Origin: a virus
Reading direction: 5' to 3' (one strand)
Length of the DNA stretch: 64,000 bases
IMG/VR virus record: IMGVR_UViG_2847502069_000001
Location: 5,495 to 69,494 of that record
Position numbers and translations under genes: made by a program. The notes beneath the pieces are model-generated. The model was not told the origin of the DNA and searched no databases. It worked only from the letters and a program-made list of their open reading frames with translations. This document shows positions 1 to 9,300 of this stretch, piece after piece; the stretch's first letter is position 1, and the number at the start of each line of letters is the position of its first letter.

Positions 1-216
1 TACATCAGGATAATCAGAGCCTATACCAACGGTTTTTACTGTCGTTTTTTTACAACTTGGGCAGTTGAACATTTCGATTCTTAATGCATCAGGTTCTTCG
101 TCTATAGCGCTAAATCCTCTATTTATCGAACCAAAAGAAACCTTTCTATATCTGTAAGTTTCGTCAATCATAGGGATACTGGCATTACAGAAAGGGCAAA
201 TAAAACTGTCGTTCAT
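1..216 (-). CDS. 5' part of a leftward gene with two CxxC motifs (possible DUF4145-type zinc-finger protein), runs off the window
   Basis: GGAGA RBS then ATG at 216; reads MNDSFICPFCNASIP...FNCPSCKKTTVK open to base 1; not in ORF track. Confidence 0.6.
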   Translation of the reverse strand, partial: MNDSFICPFCNASIPMIDETYRYRKVSFGSINRGFSAIDEEPDALRIEMFNCPSCKKTTVKTVGIGSDYPDV

Positions 217-370
217 AAAATCTCCATTCTACATTTTTGTTTGAACACTTACATTATATCACGGAGTTATGATATCGCTCACAATGAGCAGGGAAGACTG
301 GCGAACAGGTTCGACTCCTGAACTTCCCTTACTGCGAAAGCAGAAATTTAAAACACAGAAAGGAACCGAT

Positions 371-604
371 ATGGCAGAGACACTAAGAACTCACCGAGAG
401 CGTGCTAAACTTACCCAAAAAGAAGTTGCTGAGATGGTTGGAGTAACTCCAAACACTATTAACAACTGGGAAAAAGATTCATCAAATTTAAAAGATTTTT
501 ATACGAAAAAATTTATGGAAATCTATAAATTAACTTATGATGATATTTTTTTAGGAAAAGAACACAGAATTTCTGTGCCTTTATTAAATAAACATGCAAG
601 CTAG
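371..604 (+). CDS. Cro-like XRE helix-turn-helix repressor
   Basis: AGGA RBS before ATG 371; LTQKEVAEMVGVTPNTINNWEK HTH_3 signature. Confidence 0.9.
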   Translation: MAETLRTHRERAKLTQKEVAEMVGVTPNTINNWEKDSSNLKDFYTKKFMEIYKLTYDDIFLGKEHRISVPLLNKHAS

Positions 605-620
605 TTAGAAAGGCGAAAAC

Positions 621-1343
621 ATGAATGCATTACAAATCACAGAATTAAATGGTCAACGAGTTTTGACTACGAAACAAATTGCTGATGGTTATGGAACAAA
701 ACCAAGAGTTATAAGCAATAATTTTAATAGAAATAAAGAGCGATTTTACAAAGGCAAACATTTTATCTTATTAGAAGGAGATTATCTCAAATCGTTTTTG
801 AGCGAGTCCTCAAATTTAGGACTCGCCCAAAACATCAACAAACTTTACCTTTGGACAGAAAAAGGAGCCTTGCTTCATGCAAAATCTTTGGGGACAGATC
901 AAGCTTGGAATATGTATGAAATTTTAGTTGACACTTATTTCAAAGCAAAAGAAATACCAATGACACTTGATCAACAAATTGCTGCAATTGCAACGGGTTA
1001 TGGAAGTGTCAAACAAGAACTCGTTGAAGTCCAAGACAAGGTCACCGACTTGACAGAACGATTTGGACTTCCAGCAACTAATGCTGCAATTTTAAATAAT
1101 ACAAGGAATATACACATTATTCGTTTTTTAGGAGGAAAAGATTCTAAAGCCTACCATGAATTGGGAAGAAAAGTATTTTCAGAGTTTGGTAGAGATTTTA
1201 AAGATAACTTTGGAGTTCCACGATATGATGCGATTCCATTAAATCAATACGATGAAGCAATAGCTTATACAAAATCTTGGCAACCATCTTATAACACAAT
1301 GATTTCTATTAGAAATACAAATATGCAAATGGAATTTGATTAA
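621..1343 (+). CDS. Phage antirepressor (ORF6N + ORF6C domains)
   Basis: N-terminal NGQRVLTTKQIADGYG...NFNRNKERF...HFILLEG motif; position after cro. Confidence 0.85.
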   Translation: MNALQITELNGQRVLTTKQIADGYGTKPRVISNNFNRNKERFYKGKHFILLEGDYLKSFLSESSNLGLAQNINKLYLWTEKGALLHAKSLGTDQAWNMYEILVDTYFKAKEIPMTLDQQIAAIATGYGSVKQELVEVQDKVTDLTERFGLPATNAAILNNTRNIHIIRFLGGKDSKAYHELGRKVFSEFGRDFKDNFGVPRYDAIPLNQYDEAIAYTKSWQPSYNTMISIRNTNMQMEFD

Positions 1344-1364
1344 TGTTTTAGAAAGGAGTAGAGC

Positions 1365-1481
1365 ATGGACAGTATCTACTTAATTGTAAACAAACAAACT
1401 GGAGAAATAAAAGAGCGCGTGATTAGTTTAAAAAAAGCTTTTGAACTAGCAAACGGAAATTTAATAATCTGGGAGGTTTAA
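1365..1481 (+). CDS. Small phage hypothetical protein (38 aa)
   Basis: AAGGAG RBS, ATG 1365, TAA 1481. Confidence 0.6.
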   Translation: MDSIYLIVNKQTGEIKERVISLKKAFELANGNLIIWEV

Positions 1482-1482
1482 T

Positions 1483-1734
1483 ATGGCTTTAAATTTAGAT
1501 GAAAAAGACCCAGAAGGAAATAAAATCTGGGTCAGTAAACAAATATTTATCAAAGAATTTAAAATGAGCGAATCAACATACCATAGAAGAATTAATAATG
1601 ATATGCGTAAAGATTCCCGCTTTATGAATGGTTATGCGGCAGTAACATCAAAAGAAATTTATATAAACAAAACCATTTATAAAGAGTGGCTAAATGCTAA
1701 GGCGATGGAAAATATGCCATTTATAGATTTTTAA
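1483..1734 (+). CDS. Putative excisionase / small DNA-binding protein
   Basis: 83 aa with HTH-like FKMSESTYHRRI segment; usual xis position in P335 phages. Confidence 0.5.
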   Translation: MALNLDEKDPEGNKIWVSKQIFIKEFKMSESTYHRRINNDMRKDSRFMNGYAAVTSKEIYINKTIYKEWLNAKAMENMPFIDF

Positions 1735-1821
1735 AAATAAAAAGTCTCATACGAAATGAGACTAGTAGAAACTTTTGGACAGTATCTACTTCGATTATAA
1801 CAACGATTGGAGAAAAAATCA

Positions 1822-1986
1822 ATGACTGATGTAAATGCAGCTACGGTAAGACCCCAGTATTTTTTAGAGCAAGTAAGACGTTTTGGAGCACAATGGGCTT
1901 CTGAACGATACAAAGTTTTAGACCCAAAAACTCTTAGAGAACTAAGTTTCAAAGAGAAGTTAATTTTTGCAGGAGCAATCCTATGA
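1822..1986 (+). CDS. Small phage hypothetical protein (54 aa)
   Basis: GGAG RBS, ATG 1822, TGA overlapping next ATG. Confidence 0.6.
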   Translation: MTDVNAATVRPQYFLEQVRRFGAQWASERYKVLDPKTLRELSFKEKLIFAGAIL

Positions 1987-2192
1987 TTAAAAAGTGGAAC
2001 AATCGAAACATTCCGTTTACTGTGGTTGATTCAGCTGCAGAAGTAAAAAAGAAGTTAATCAATGAATTTGAGGCTAGTACTGGTTTAGTATTTCCAACCT
2101 CTGTAAGAATGAGCCTTTTGACCTTGAATCATAAGAAACTTGGCCAAGAATTATCAAGTATGATTAAAATAATTATTCTAAAGGAAAAATAA
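1983..2192 (+). CDS. Phage hypothetical protein
   Basis: ORF coupled to upstream gene by ATGA overlap. Confidence 0.65.
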   Translation: MIKKWNNRNIPFTVVDSAAEVKKKLINEFEASTGLVFPTSVRMSLLTLNHKKLGQELSSMIKIIILKEK

Positions 2193-2217
2193 CAAGAAAC
2201 AGCAATTCAAAGATAAG

Positions 2218-2406
2218 ATGGTGGTCGCAGTTACTCCTAATCGATTAATGAGTGCAATTGACAAGGCAGTTAAATACTGTTCTGTCAGTGACCAACAAAT
2301 AAAGATTTGGTTAGAATCTGACCAACCTAGCAAAGTTATTGATGAAATTTGTGACTTAGTAAAATCTAGCGTAGATGAAAAGCTATGGGAAAAAATCGAG
2401 ATTTAA
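2218..2406 (+). CDS. Phage hypothetical protein
   Basis: ORF in early operon. Confidence 0.55.
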   Translation: MVVAVTPNRLMSAIDKAVKYCSVSDQQIKIWLESDQPSKVIDEICDLVKSSVDEKLWEKIEI

Positions 2407-2415
2407 GGGGAACTA

Positions 2416-2850
2416 ATGATAAATAATGTCGTATTAGTGGGTCGTATCACACGAGATCCAGAATTAAGATATACACCACAACAAAATCAAGCAGTAGCAA
2501 CTTTCAATTTGGCTGTTAATCGTCAATTTAAGAACGCAAACGGAGAACGTGAAGCAGACTTCATAAGTTGCGTTATCTGGCGTCAGCAAGCCGAAAATTT
2601 AGCAAATTGGGCTAAAAAAGAAACTTTGATTGGATTAACTGGTAGAATCCAAACGCGAAACTATGAAAATCAGCAAGGGCAACGAGTTTACATCACAGAA
2701 GTAGTTGCTGACAGTTTCCAAATGCTGGAAAGCAAGGGTGGAGCAAAACAAAATGAAGAGTCACAAAACAATACAACTCCAAATTTTGCGCGTGACACTC
2801 CCCGTGATATTCCAGGTACAGAAATTAGCGATGATGATTTGCCATTTTAG
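2416..2850 (+). CDS. ssb: Single-stranded DNA-binding protein
   Basis: [21 protein letters not shown]-terminus and acidic DDDLPF tail. Confidence 0.97.
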   Translation: MINNVVLVGRITRDPELRYTPQQNQAVATFNLAVNRQFKNANGEREADFISCVIWRQQAENLANWAKKETLIGLTGRIQTRNYENQQGQRVYITEVVADSFQMLESKGGAKQNEESQNNTTPNFARDTPRDIPGTEISDDDLPF

Positions 2851-2860
2851 GAGGTTTTAA

Positions 2861-3709
2861 ATGTCAGAAATAATAAAAGAAAGCCAATTTGAGGGTGTAA
2901 ATTATTATATTATTCTTCCTGCACAAGTACTTCATGATAATAAGTTGACACCACTTGCAAGGCTAATTTATGGGGAATTATCAGCATTAGCCAATATTAA
3001 TGGATATGCATGGATTAGTAATCAGAAACTTGCTGATAAATATGAAGTTTCTTTGCGTACTATCAATAATTCATTATCTGCACTGAAAGATTATGGATAT
3101 ATCAGAACTGAACTTTTTTACAAGGAGAATAGTAAAGAGGTTGAAAGACGTGAAATTTACATTGAACCACATGAAAATAATTTCATGACCCCCATGAAAA
3201 AAATTGCAGGAGGGTCCCGAAATAAAATGCAAGACCCTCATGAAGAAAATTGCAAGACCCCCATGAAAAAAACTGCACAGATAATAACACAATATAATAA
3301 CACATCTAATAACACATCTAATAACACAGTTAATAATTCTAATAATAGTTCTAATAATAATAAAGAAAATCAAAATAAAAATTCTGATGGAAAATTAAAA
3401 AAACTCATCTCGATATTTGAGCAAGAGATGGGAATGATAAGTCCAACAGCAATAAATGAACTTAGAGCTTGGTTATTTGAAGATCACTATGAAGTAGGAC
3501 TTATTAAGTTAGCACTTAGAGAATCTGTATTAAACCGAAAAGTAAACATGAATTATATTAAGGCAATACTTAGAAATTGGCGACAAGAGGGAGTGGCAAC
3601 ACCAAAAATGGTAAAAGATAGGGAAGTAGAACGCTTTTCACCAAATCTTAAAAAGCAGGAAGAATTCTATATTCCTTTAGATGGTCCATGGAATGGAACT
3701 GAGGGGTAA
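2861..3709 (+). CDS. Phage replication initiator (N-terminal HTH, C-terminal DnaD-like domain)
   Basis: LTPLARLIYGEL...SNQKLADKYEVSLRTI HTH; C-terminal FEQEMG...YIKAILRNW DnaD motif; internal iterons. Confidence 0.9.
   Translation: MSEIIKESQFEGVNYYIILPAQVLHDNKLTPLARLIYGELSALANINGYAWISNQKLADKYEVSLRTINNSLSALKDYGYIRTELFYKENSKEVERREIYIEPHENNFMTPMKKIAGGSRNKMQDPHEENCKTPMKKTAQIITQYNNTSNNTSNNTVNNSNNSSNNNKENQNKNSDGKLKKLISIFEQEMGMISPTAINELRAWLFEDHYEVGLIKLALRESVLNRKVNMNYIKAILRNWRQEGVATPKMVKDREVERFSPNLKKQEEFYIPLDGPWNGTEG
3165..3365 (+). repeat. Phage replication origin: iterons plus AT-rich repeats inside the rep gene
   Basis: About 4 imperfect copies of GACCCCCATGAAAAAAA(T/C)TGCA at 3165-3278, followed by AATAACAC/AATAAT repeats. 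Confidence 0.8.
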
Positions 3710-3712
3710 GAA

Positions 3713-4108
3713 ATGACAGTAAAAATCAAGCTAGAGTTACTTCAATTTTTGAATGTGGCACTTAATCACACTCGATTTATCGCAGTCACGCGCCAACCTG
3801 ATGAATTAAAGAATAGATCCTTGTCATCATTTCTTGGTCAAAAATTTGAAGTAGTTGCTTTTGAAGATAATAAATATTTTCAATTCAAAAATAAACAATG
3901 GGTACCAGTAACCGAAGACAGAGCAGACCGAGTTTTAGTCAGGATAAATGCTGCTGGATTCTTTGAAGATTATAAGCCAACTCAATTTGGTTCAGATTTT
4001 CCAGATACGAAAGCAGCATTAGAATTTTGGGAACAAATCAATCGTAGATGGGTAAAACTAACTCAAGATATGCTCGTGTTAGGAGTTGAGAACGTGAGGG
4101 ATAGATGA
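3713..4108 (+). CDS. Phage hypothetical protein
   Basis: 131-aa ORF directly after rep. Confidence 0.75.
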   Translation: MTVKIKLELLQFLNVALNHTRFIAVTRQPDELKNRSLSSFLGQKFEVVAFEDNKYFQFKNKQWVPVTEDRADRVLVRINAAGFFEDYKPTQFGSDFPDTKAALEFWEQINRRWVKLTQDMLVLGVENVRDR

Positions 4109-4323
4109 TATTAAGAAAGTTAATGCCATACCTACAAGATGAAATCTGGATAGATATCACAGAACAATCGGATGGTTATTATAAAAATCATATCGGAAAA
4201 GCTCCAAAATTTATGATAACAGGACCTGTTCTTAGTTATGATGTCCTTGAAGTGAATGGTCCTATCGAAGCACGGGGAATCATAATTCTAAAAGTTTTAG
4301 TGAAGTGGAGAGGCAAAAAGTGA
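4105..4323 (+). CDS. Phage hypothetical protein
   Basis: ATGA-coupled ORF. Confidence 0.65.
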   Translation: MILRKLMPYLQDEIWIDITEQSDGYYKNHIGKAPKFMITGPVLSYDVLEVNGPIEARGIIILKVLVKWRGKK

Positions 4324-4829
4324 ACGAAGAAAAATTTAACCGAATCAAACGAATGTTTTTGAAGCGGTTAGCAGATAACTTTTGGTATGACGGGCAATGG
4401 AAATTCTCTCATACTCTTAAGAAAAATCATCAACTTGCGCGTGAACAAAGAAGTAGGGTGACACAAGCTTTAAGACGTTGTGTAACTTGCGAAATCTTTC
4501 CAACAGCAAATATATTAAAAAACTTAACTGATTATTTTACTGCTGAAGAACTAGCAGATATTGCTGAAGCAAGAATTGTACAAGAAGAGCGTTTGCGAGA
4601 AGAAAAAAGGCAGCATATGAAAATATTAGGTACAGTTCGGAGTGTTAAGCGACAACGACTAACAAATTTAATTATTGAACCTGAAACTGTAGTTACATTA
4701 CCTAACGGTAATAGGGCTGAGTTTATTTCAAAAACAGAAGGTGGAAATTTTATCTTCAAAGAAATCAAGGACTATAGCACTCACTTACTGACAGAACAAG
4801 AAGCAAGATGGATTGTGGAAGGAAAATAA
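4320..4829 (+). CDS. Phage hypothetical protein
   Basis: GGAGAGG RBS, GTG start overlapping upstream stop. Confidence 0.7.
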   Translation: MNEEKFNRIKRMFLKRLADNFWYDGQWKFSHTLKKNHQLAREQRSRVTQALRRCVTCEIFPTANILKNLTDYFTAEELADIAEARIVQEERLREEKRQHMKILGTVRSVKRQRLTNLIIEPETVVTLPNGNRAEFISKTEGGNFIFKEIKDYSTHLLTEQEARWIVEGK

Positions 4830-4964
4830 AAAAATAAAAATGTTTGAATGCGATTTTTGTGACTCTCAAGTACTTGGGAGAGAACACTGGATTATCCAAG
4901 GAAAAAAATTTAAATTTTGTTCTCGTAGATGTGCGGAAAATAGAGCAAAGATGACTGGGAAAAA

Positions 4965-5282
4965 ATGGAAGTTGGTACATATCAGATGAAATTAAACGAG
5001 ATTGAAGTTGCAGTGAGTGGCCAAGTTTGGGATACAGATGATGATGCAAAGGTAGTTCCCACTATCCAATCATATAATTCTGACGAACTTATCAAAACAG
5101 ACAAACAAAATCTAAAACTTTTCACAGCAGAACAAATGCAAGAATTCATGGTTGAAAATATTCGTCATGTTCTTACGTTATATGGAGCGAAAGTATGTGG
5201 ATTCCATTTAGAGCGTTTGACCAAAGAAGAAATTGAAGAAATTATTCAGGACCTATTTACGGAGGACACGAAAAATGACTAA
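4965..5282 (+). CDS. Phage hypothetical protein
   Basis: ORF track; start uncertain. Confidence 0.6.
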   Translation: MEVGTYQMKLNEIEVAVSGQVWDTDDDAKVVPTIQSYNSDELIKTDKQNLKLFTAEQMQEFMVENIRHVLTLYGAKVCGFHLERLTKEEIEEIIQDLFTEDTKND

Positions 5283-5835
5283 AGAAATGAAAAGACCGAT
5301 TAGCAATATCACTCAAGATAGTATCAAGCCTTTACTAAGCAATGCCGTAGAGTTTTATACTAACAAAAATAGGGAAGCTCACAAATGTATTCAAGAACGA
5401 GATGAATATATCAATTATCTTGAAAGTAAACTAAGTAACGCAAAACAACAGCAAGCCCTGCCAGTCGTGCCTGATTTTGTTGCAGAGTGGATTGAATGTG
5501 TAAAAGAAAAAAATAATAATGCGCTAGCTTTACTAGATGATGATAATATGCCAGACGATGTGAATGAGTGGCTTTTCTTTCAAAGAAATGATGACAATAT
5601 CAAATTGATTCTTCGTGCATGGCTAGACGGCTACACAGTCGAAAAACCGCAGCTGTTCTATTTGGTGAATACACTGACAAGACAATATCTGTATCGTAGA
5701 GATAAGGTTAGTTTTGGCGAGCAAGGTTATTGTAAGGACTATGACGATAAACCACTTGCTTACTGTTTATTCACCAAACAAGAAATCGACAGCATGCAAA
5801 CTGGGAGCTATGAACAGATTGAGGTGGAAGAATGA
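5275..5835 (+). CDS. DUF1642-family phage protein
   Basis: LPVVPDFVAEWIE...LRAWLDGYTVEK motif; GGAGG RBS. Confidence 0.8.
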   Translation: MTKEMKRPISNITQDSIKPLLSNAVEFYTNKNREAHKCIQERDEYINYLESKLSNAKQQQALPVVPDFVAEWIECVKEKNNNALALLDDDNMPDDVNEWLFFQRNDDNIKLILRAWLDGYTVEKPQLFYLVNTLTRQYLYRRDKVSFGEQGYCKDYDDKPLAYCLFTKQEIDSMQTGSYEQIEVEE

Positions 5836-6176
5836 GAAAGCAAACAACATGTTATAGCTGTGATAAACCAATCGAACCTGAATGGCTTCCAGAAGGAGAA
5901 TTTATTGTATGTGATGAATGCTCTTCAGACACTGACGAACTTTCGGTTGAAAAACTCCAAGAACTGCTTAACACTGCGAAAAAGGCACTGACAGAAATAG
6001 CTTATACTAGACAAGAAATTTGGCGAGGAGGCACATTGGTCGGATTTGAAGCAACAGAAGATGCAAAAATAGCTTATGATGCACTCGCAGCGATTGGATG
6101 GGATGGGTGCCCAGTTGGTCTAATAGTTAAAAATGGATTGACAAAAGAAGAACTTGAAGGGAGTGGCAATGAGTGA
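5832..6176 (+). CDS. Phage hypothetical protein with N-terminal CxxC pairs
   Basis: CYSC...CDEC; ATGA coupling. Confidence 0.7.
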   Translation: MRKQTTCYSCDKPIEPEWLPEGEFIVCDECSSDTDELSVEKLQELLNTAKKALTEIAYTRQEIWRGGTLVGFEATEDAKIAYDALAAIGWDGCPVGLIVKNGLTKEELEGSGNE

Positions 6177-6567
6177 AATTTATATCGAAGGTAGATTTAA
6201 AATGCCAGTTGTTAATACTGACGAATTTGGCTATGACGAAGAAGAAGTTAAAAAGTTAGACTGGGAAGATTTTGCAAAAGATGAATTCTGGAACAGTTGT
6301 GATGATATGGGCGAACTAGAAGATAAGTATGACATTACTTTTCATAAGGTCCAACCCCAGCTCACGATTCCGAAAAACATAGCGAAAAAAATTGACAAAT
6401 TTATAAAAGTACTTCACTTTTTAAATGAATTTGAAGCAATTAAATTTTTATCAGCTATGGACCTTAATGGTGATAGAACACCGCAATGGCTCAAAGATAA
6501 CCCTATGCTAGTTTTTGCCTACCTCTCAGGCAAAGCCCTCGGAGTTGATTTAGTGAAAGTGGTGTGA
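6169..6567 (+). CDS. Phage hypothetical protein
   Basis: GGGAG RBS, ATG 6169. Confidence 0.7.
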   Translation: MSEIYIEGRFKMPVVNTDEFGYDEEEVKKLDWEDFAKDEFWNSCDDMGELEDKYDITFHKVQPQLTIPKNIAKKIDKFIKVLHFLNEFEAIKFLSAMDLNGDRTPQWLKDNPMLVFAYLSGKALGVDLVKVV

Positions 6568-6619
6568 TTATGACCGACAAACTAATATCGCTGGTCAATG
6601 ACTGGTGGGGAGGGATTGA

Positions 6620-7290
6620 ATGATTGAGTATGAATGTTATGATTGTCAATCTTCTTTTATGACAATGGATGATGAAATGTATGAAAAATGTCCATTCTGT
6701 GGATGCACCGATTTTTATACTTTAGACGAGGAGGACAACCAATGATTAATATAATTTTATGGGTATTCCTGGTAGGTGATGTTATTGGCGCAGGAATGGT
6801 AATTTATAACATTGGCAAACCAAGAATAATAAAGCCAATAGATGCGAGTATTTATATTGTAGTTGAATTAATAGTATGGATTGCTCTGATTTTGAAATTG
6901 ATAGGAGTTGGATAATGAAACTTTTGTGTAAGCTGTTCGGGCATAAGTGGTCGGAATGGAAAATTTATTTATTTGGCACTCATGAAGAACGCTCTTGTCG
7001 TCGTTGCTACATCAGAGATAAACGAATTCCACGATCAGACCTTGACGAGTCAGAGAACATGTTCGGGGAGGAATGATGTATAAGAAAGCAACAATATTTA
7101 TTATATGTATGATTATTGGAATGGCAATTTATGTTGTTATGGATTACTTCATTCAAAATGCTACACCATTTAGGTGGATTGTTATTATAGCAGCTTCTGC
7201 ATGGTTTGCTTATTCATCAGAATTTGAGGAGAATCACAATGACAGAAGCTGAAAAATGGCTTGATAAACACATGGATTGAACACAAAAAA
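6620..7290 (+). CDS. Run of very small coupled phage ORFs (zinc-ribbon 6620-6745, membrane 6742-6915, DUF1660-like 6915-7076, further small ORFs)
   Basis: Each has an RBS and overlapping start/stop; MKLLCKLFGHKW is a typical lactococcal phage motif. Confidence 0.6.
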
Positions 7291-8083
7291 ACTCCTGCTA
7301 GACAACAAATAGCAAGAGTTAAGTATGAACTGGCCGAGTTCTAATTTAATGTAAAATAAATCCAAAATCTAGATTAATTTGACCAAGATTATTATAGCAC
7401 TATTAACATTATTTTGTCGTTAACAAATGGCAACAAAAAAGTCTCGGTTGGCCAGTCGAGACATGGATAGTTATTTCAAATTCGCTAGTTATATTTTATC
7501 CAATTTTATTATAACACTATTATAAAACAACTATTGTTAACAAAAGATAATATAAAAGCCCGAACTGACCAGGTTCGAGCGAAATTGTGAATTCTAACAT
7601 TTATATTTTTTTGGTCCACTCTAGTATAGCACTAATCAAATTAAAAAGCCCAAGCTGACCAAGCTTGAGCGATTGTTGTAAAAATTATTAGTTACTATTG
7701 AATGGTCACATTCATTATACCACTGATTAATTGATAACTATGAAATTTGATTTATTAAAAAATCTTTAACTATAACAAAAAACCCGAACTGACCAAGTTC
7801 GAGTTATATGTTCTAGGTTTAAATTTTATTCTTAAAATTTAGGTCTACTACATTATACCATAAGAAAAATAAGTTATAACAAAAAAGCTCGAGTTGACCA
7901 AGCTCGAGCGAAATACTGAACAATGTTGCGAAGTTTATTTTTGGTCTTAAATATTATAGCACACAGAACAATAATTTATACCAAAATAAAAAAGCCCGAA
8001 CTGACCAGGCTCGAGTGCAAGAGTTAGTAAACAACTTAGTTCTATTATTATTATAATATTTTTGGTCAGTTATATTATATCAC
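7285..8083 (-). ncRNA. Tandem array of 7 putative small-RNA transcription units
   Basis: Each unit on the minus strand: TGnTATA(A/C)T, 6 nt, GACC (GGTC or GGAT in the two divergent units), AU-rich variable region, GC-rich hairpin, U-run. Confidence 0.8.
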
Positions 8084-8129
8084 ATATACTGAGCTAGGAA
8101 CTCGCTAAACTCAACTGGAGGAATAAATA

Positions 8130-8402
8130 ATGAAAGACAATAAACAAGTATCATTGATTCAAAGAACACTGCTAGAAGTTGCACAATTTAAAAAACATAA
8201 TCTAAATGAATTTTTGATAGGGGAAACGGATTGGTGGTATTCTCCTATCAATGATATTGTAATGGCTATGACTAACGGAGAAAAACCTGATCACTTTAAA
8301 TATGCTGAAGTAGAAACAAACGATTGGCTATGGGTTATGTCAACAATAGACGGAAATCTTGTATTGGAGGGAAAAGGCGGAATAGGAATCGAGGTTGAAT
8401 AG
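8130..8402 (+). CDS. Phage hypothetical protein
   Basis: GGAGG RBS, 90 aa. Confidence 0.75.
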   Translation: MKDNKQVSLIQRTLLEVAQFKKHNLNEFLIGETDWWYSPINDIVMAMTNGEKPDHFKYAEVETNDWLWVMSTIDGNLVLEGKGGIGIEVE

Positions 8403-8577
8403 AATGATTGCAAATATAATTATCATAGCCTACGTGCTATTACTGATTCTTGGAATGTTCGTTACGCCTTACGCAATTGGAAAGCCAAGAAGTCCAATAA
8501 GTGTTGGAACTGCAACCTTTAATATATTATTTGGGATTGCGTTTCTAATATCATTATATTTTAAATTAATTAATTAA
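8395..8577 (+). CDS. Small membrane protein
   Basis: Two hydrophobic segments; GAGG RBS. Confidence 0.65.
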   Translation: MNRMIANIIIIAYVLLLILGMFVTPYAIGKPRSPISVGTATFNILFGIAFLISLYFKLIN

Positions 8578-8637
8578 ACAAAAAAGCCCACGGCAATGGG
8601 CTTTCCAAACTGATTTATTCTAATACTATTATAACAT
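8578..8637 (-). ncRNA. Short antisense promoter-terminator unit upstream of the late activator
   Basis: Minus-strand TGTTATAAT (8636-8628) followed about 45 nt later by AAAGCCCA-TTGCCG-TGGGCTTT hairpin and U-run. Confidence 0.5.
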
Positions 8638-8652
8638 AACAGGAGTTAGAAT

Positions 8653-8952
8653 ATGACACAAGAACTGACGAAAGCACAATGGCATGATGTTCGAATGACC
8701 TTAAGAATTATCATTCGTAATAAGAAGAATGCCAAACAATCTCAGCTTATCAATGAAGCATTAGATAATATTAAAGATGAAGATGATCGTAAGATATTCA
8801 AACGTTATTACATTGACGGTTGGGGAATCATTAAGATCACAATGAATATGTATTACTCAAAGACTGCAGTCATTGCTAGAAATAATAAAGCAACGCAACA
8901 GTTTGCTGAGAAATATGACGGTGGTCATTTACTTAAGATGTTCCATGAATAA
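8653..8952 (+). CDS. Late transcriptional activator (RinA/ArpU-like)
   Basis: DRKIFKRYYIDGW...YYSKTAVIARNNKA HTH pattern; last gene before the packaging module. Confidence 0.75.
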   Translation: MTQELTKAQWHDVRMTLRIIIRNKKNAKQSQLINEALDNIKDEDDRKIFKRYYIDGWGIIKITMNMYYSKTAVIARNNKATQQFAEKYDGGHLLKMFHE

Positions 8953-9000
8953 TATAAAGAACGCTACTTTTTCGTAGCGTTTTTGTTTTACGATTGAATC
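8951..9000 (+). promoter_or_regulatory. Putative activator-dependent late promoter, copy 1
   Basis: ACGCTACTTTTT with TTGAAT starting 33 nt after motif start; same geometry at 12560 and 19221. Confidence 0.65.
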
Positions 9001-9300
9001 ATGATAGATGTGAGTACACCAAAGGCAAGACATAGGTTCTATTGCTCAGGAGCTTGGAGACGTATGAGAGAACAGATACTCAAGCGTGATAACAATGAAT
9101 GTCAATGGTGCAAAGCAGAAGGTAGAGTGACAACGGCTAAGACTGCGACACTAGAGATAGATCATATCAAGGAACTCGAGTATCATCCAGAGCTTGCACT
9201 AGAGCCTAGTAACCTTCGTACCTTGTGTCACGACTGCCACAACAAGAGGCACGAGAGACACAGATACAAGCAGTTTGATGATGAAACTTTTGAATTCTGA
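9001..9300 (+). CDS. HNH endonuclease of cos packaging module
   Basis: CQWC...EIDHIKE...NLRTLCHDCHNKRH. Confidence 0.92.
   Translation: MIDVSTPKARHRFYCSGAWRRMREQILKRDNNECQWCKAEGRVTTAKTATLEIDHIKELEYHPELALEPSNLRTLCHDCHNKRHERHRYKQFDDETFEF

Noticed and set aside
269-370. N-terminal extension of Cro in the ORF track
   Set aside because: The RBS supports ATG 371; the upstream part is the T-loop hairpin
7285-8083. CRISPR array interpretation of the repeat/variable pattern
   Set aside because: Repeats are non-identical terminator hairpins, each unit has its own promoter, inter-unit gaps are irregular, and no cas genes are in the window
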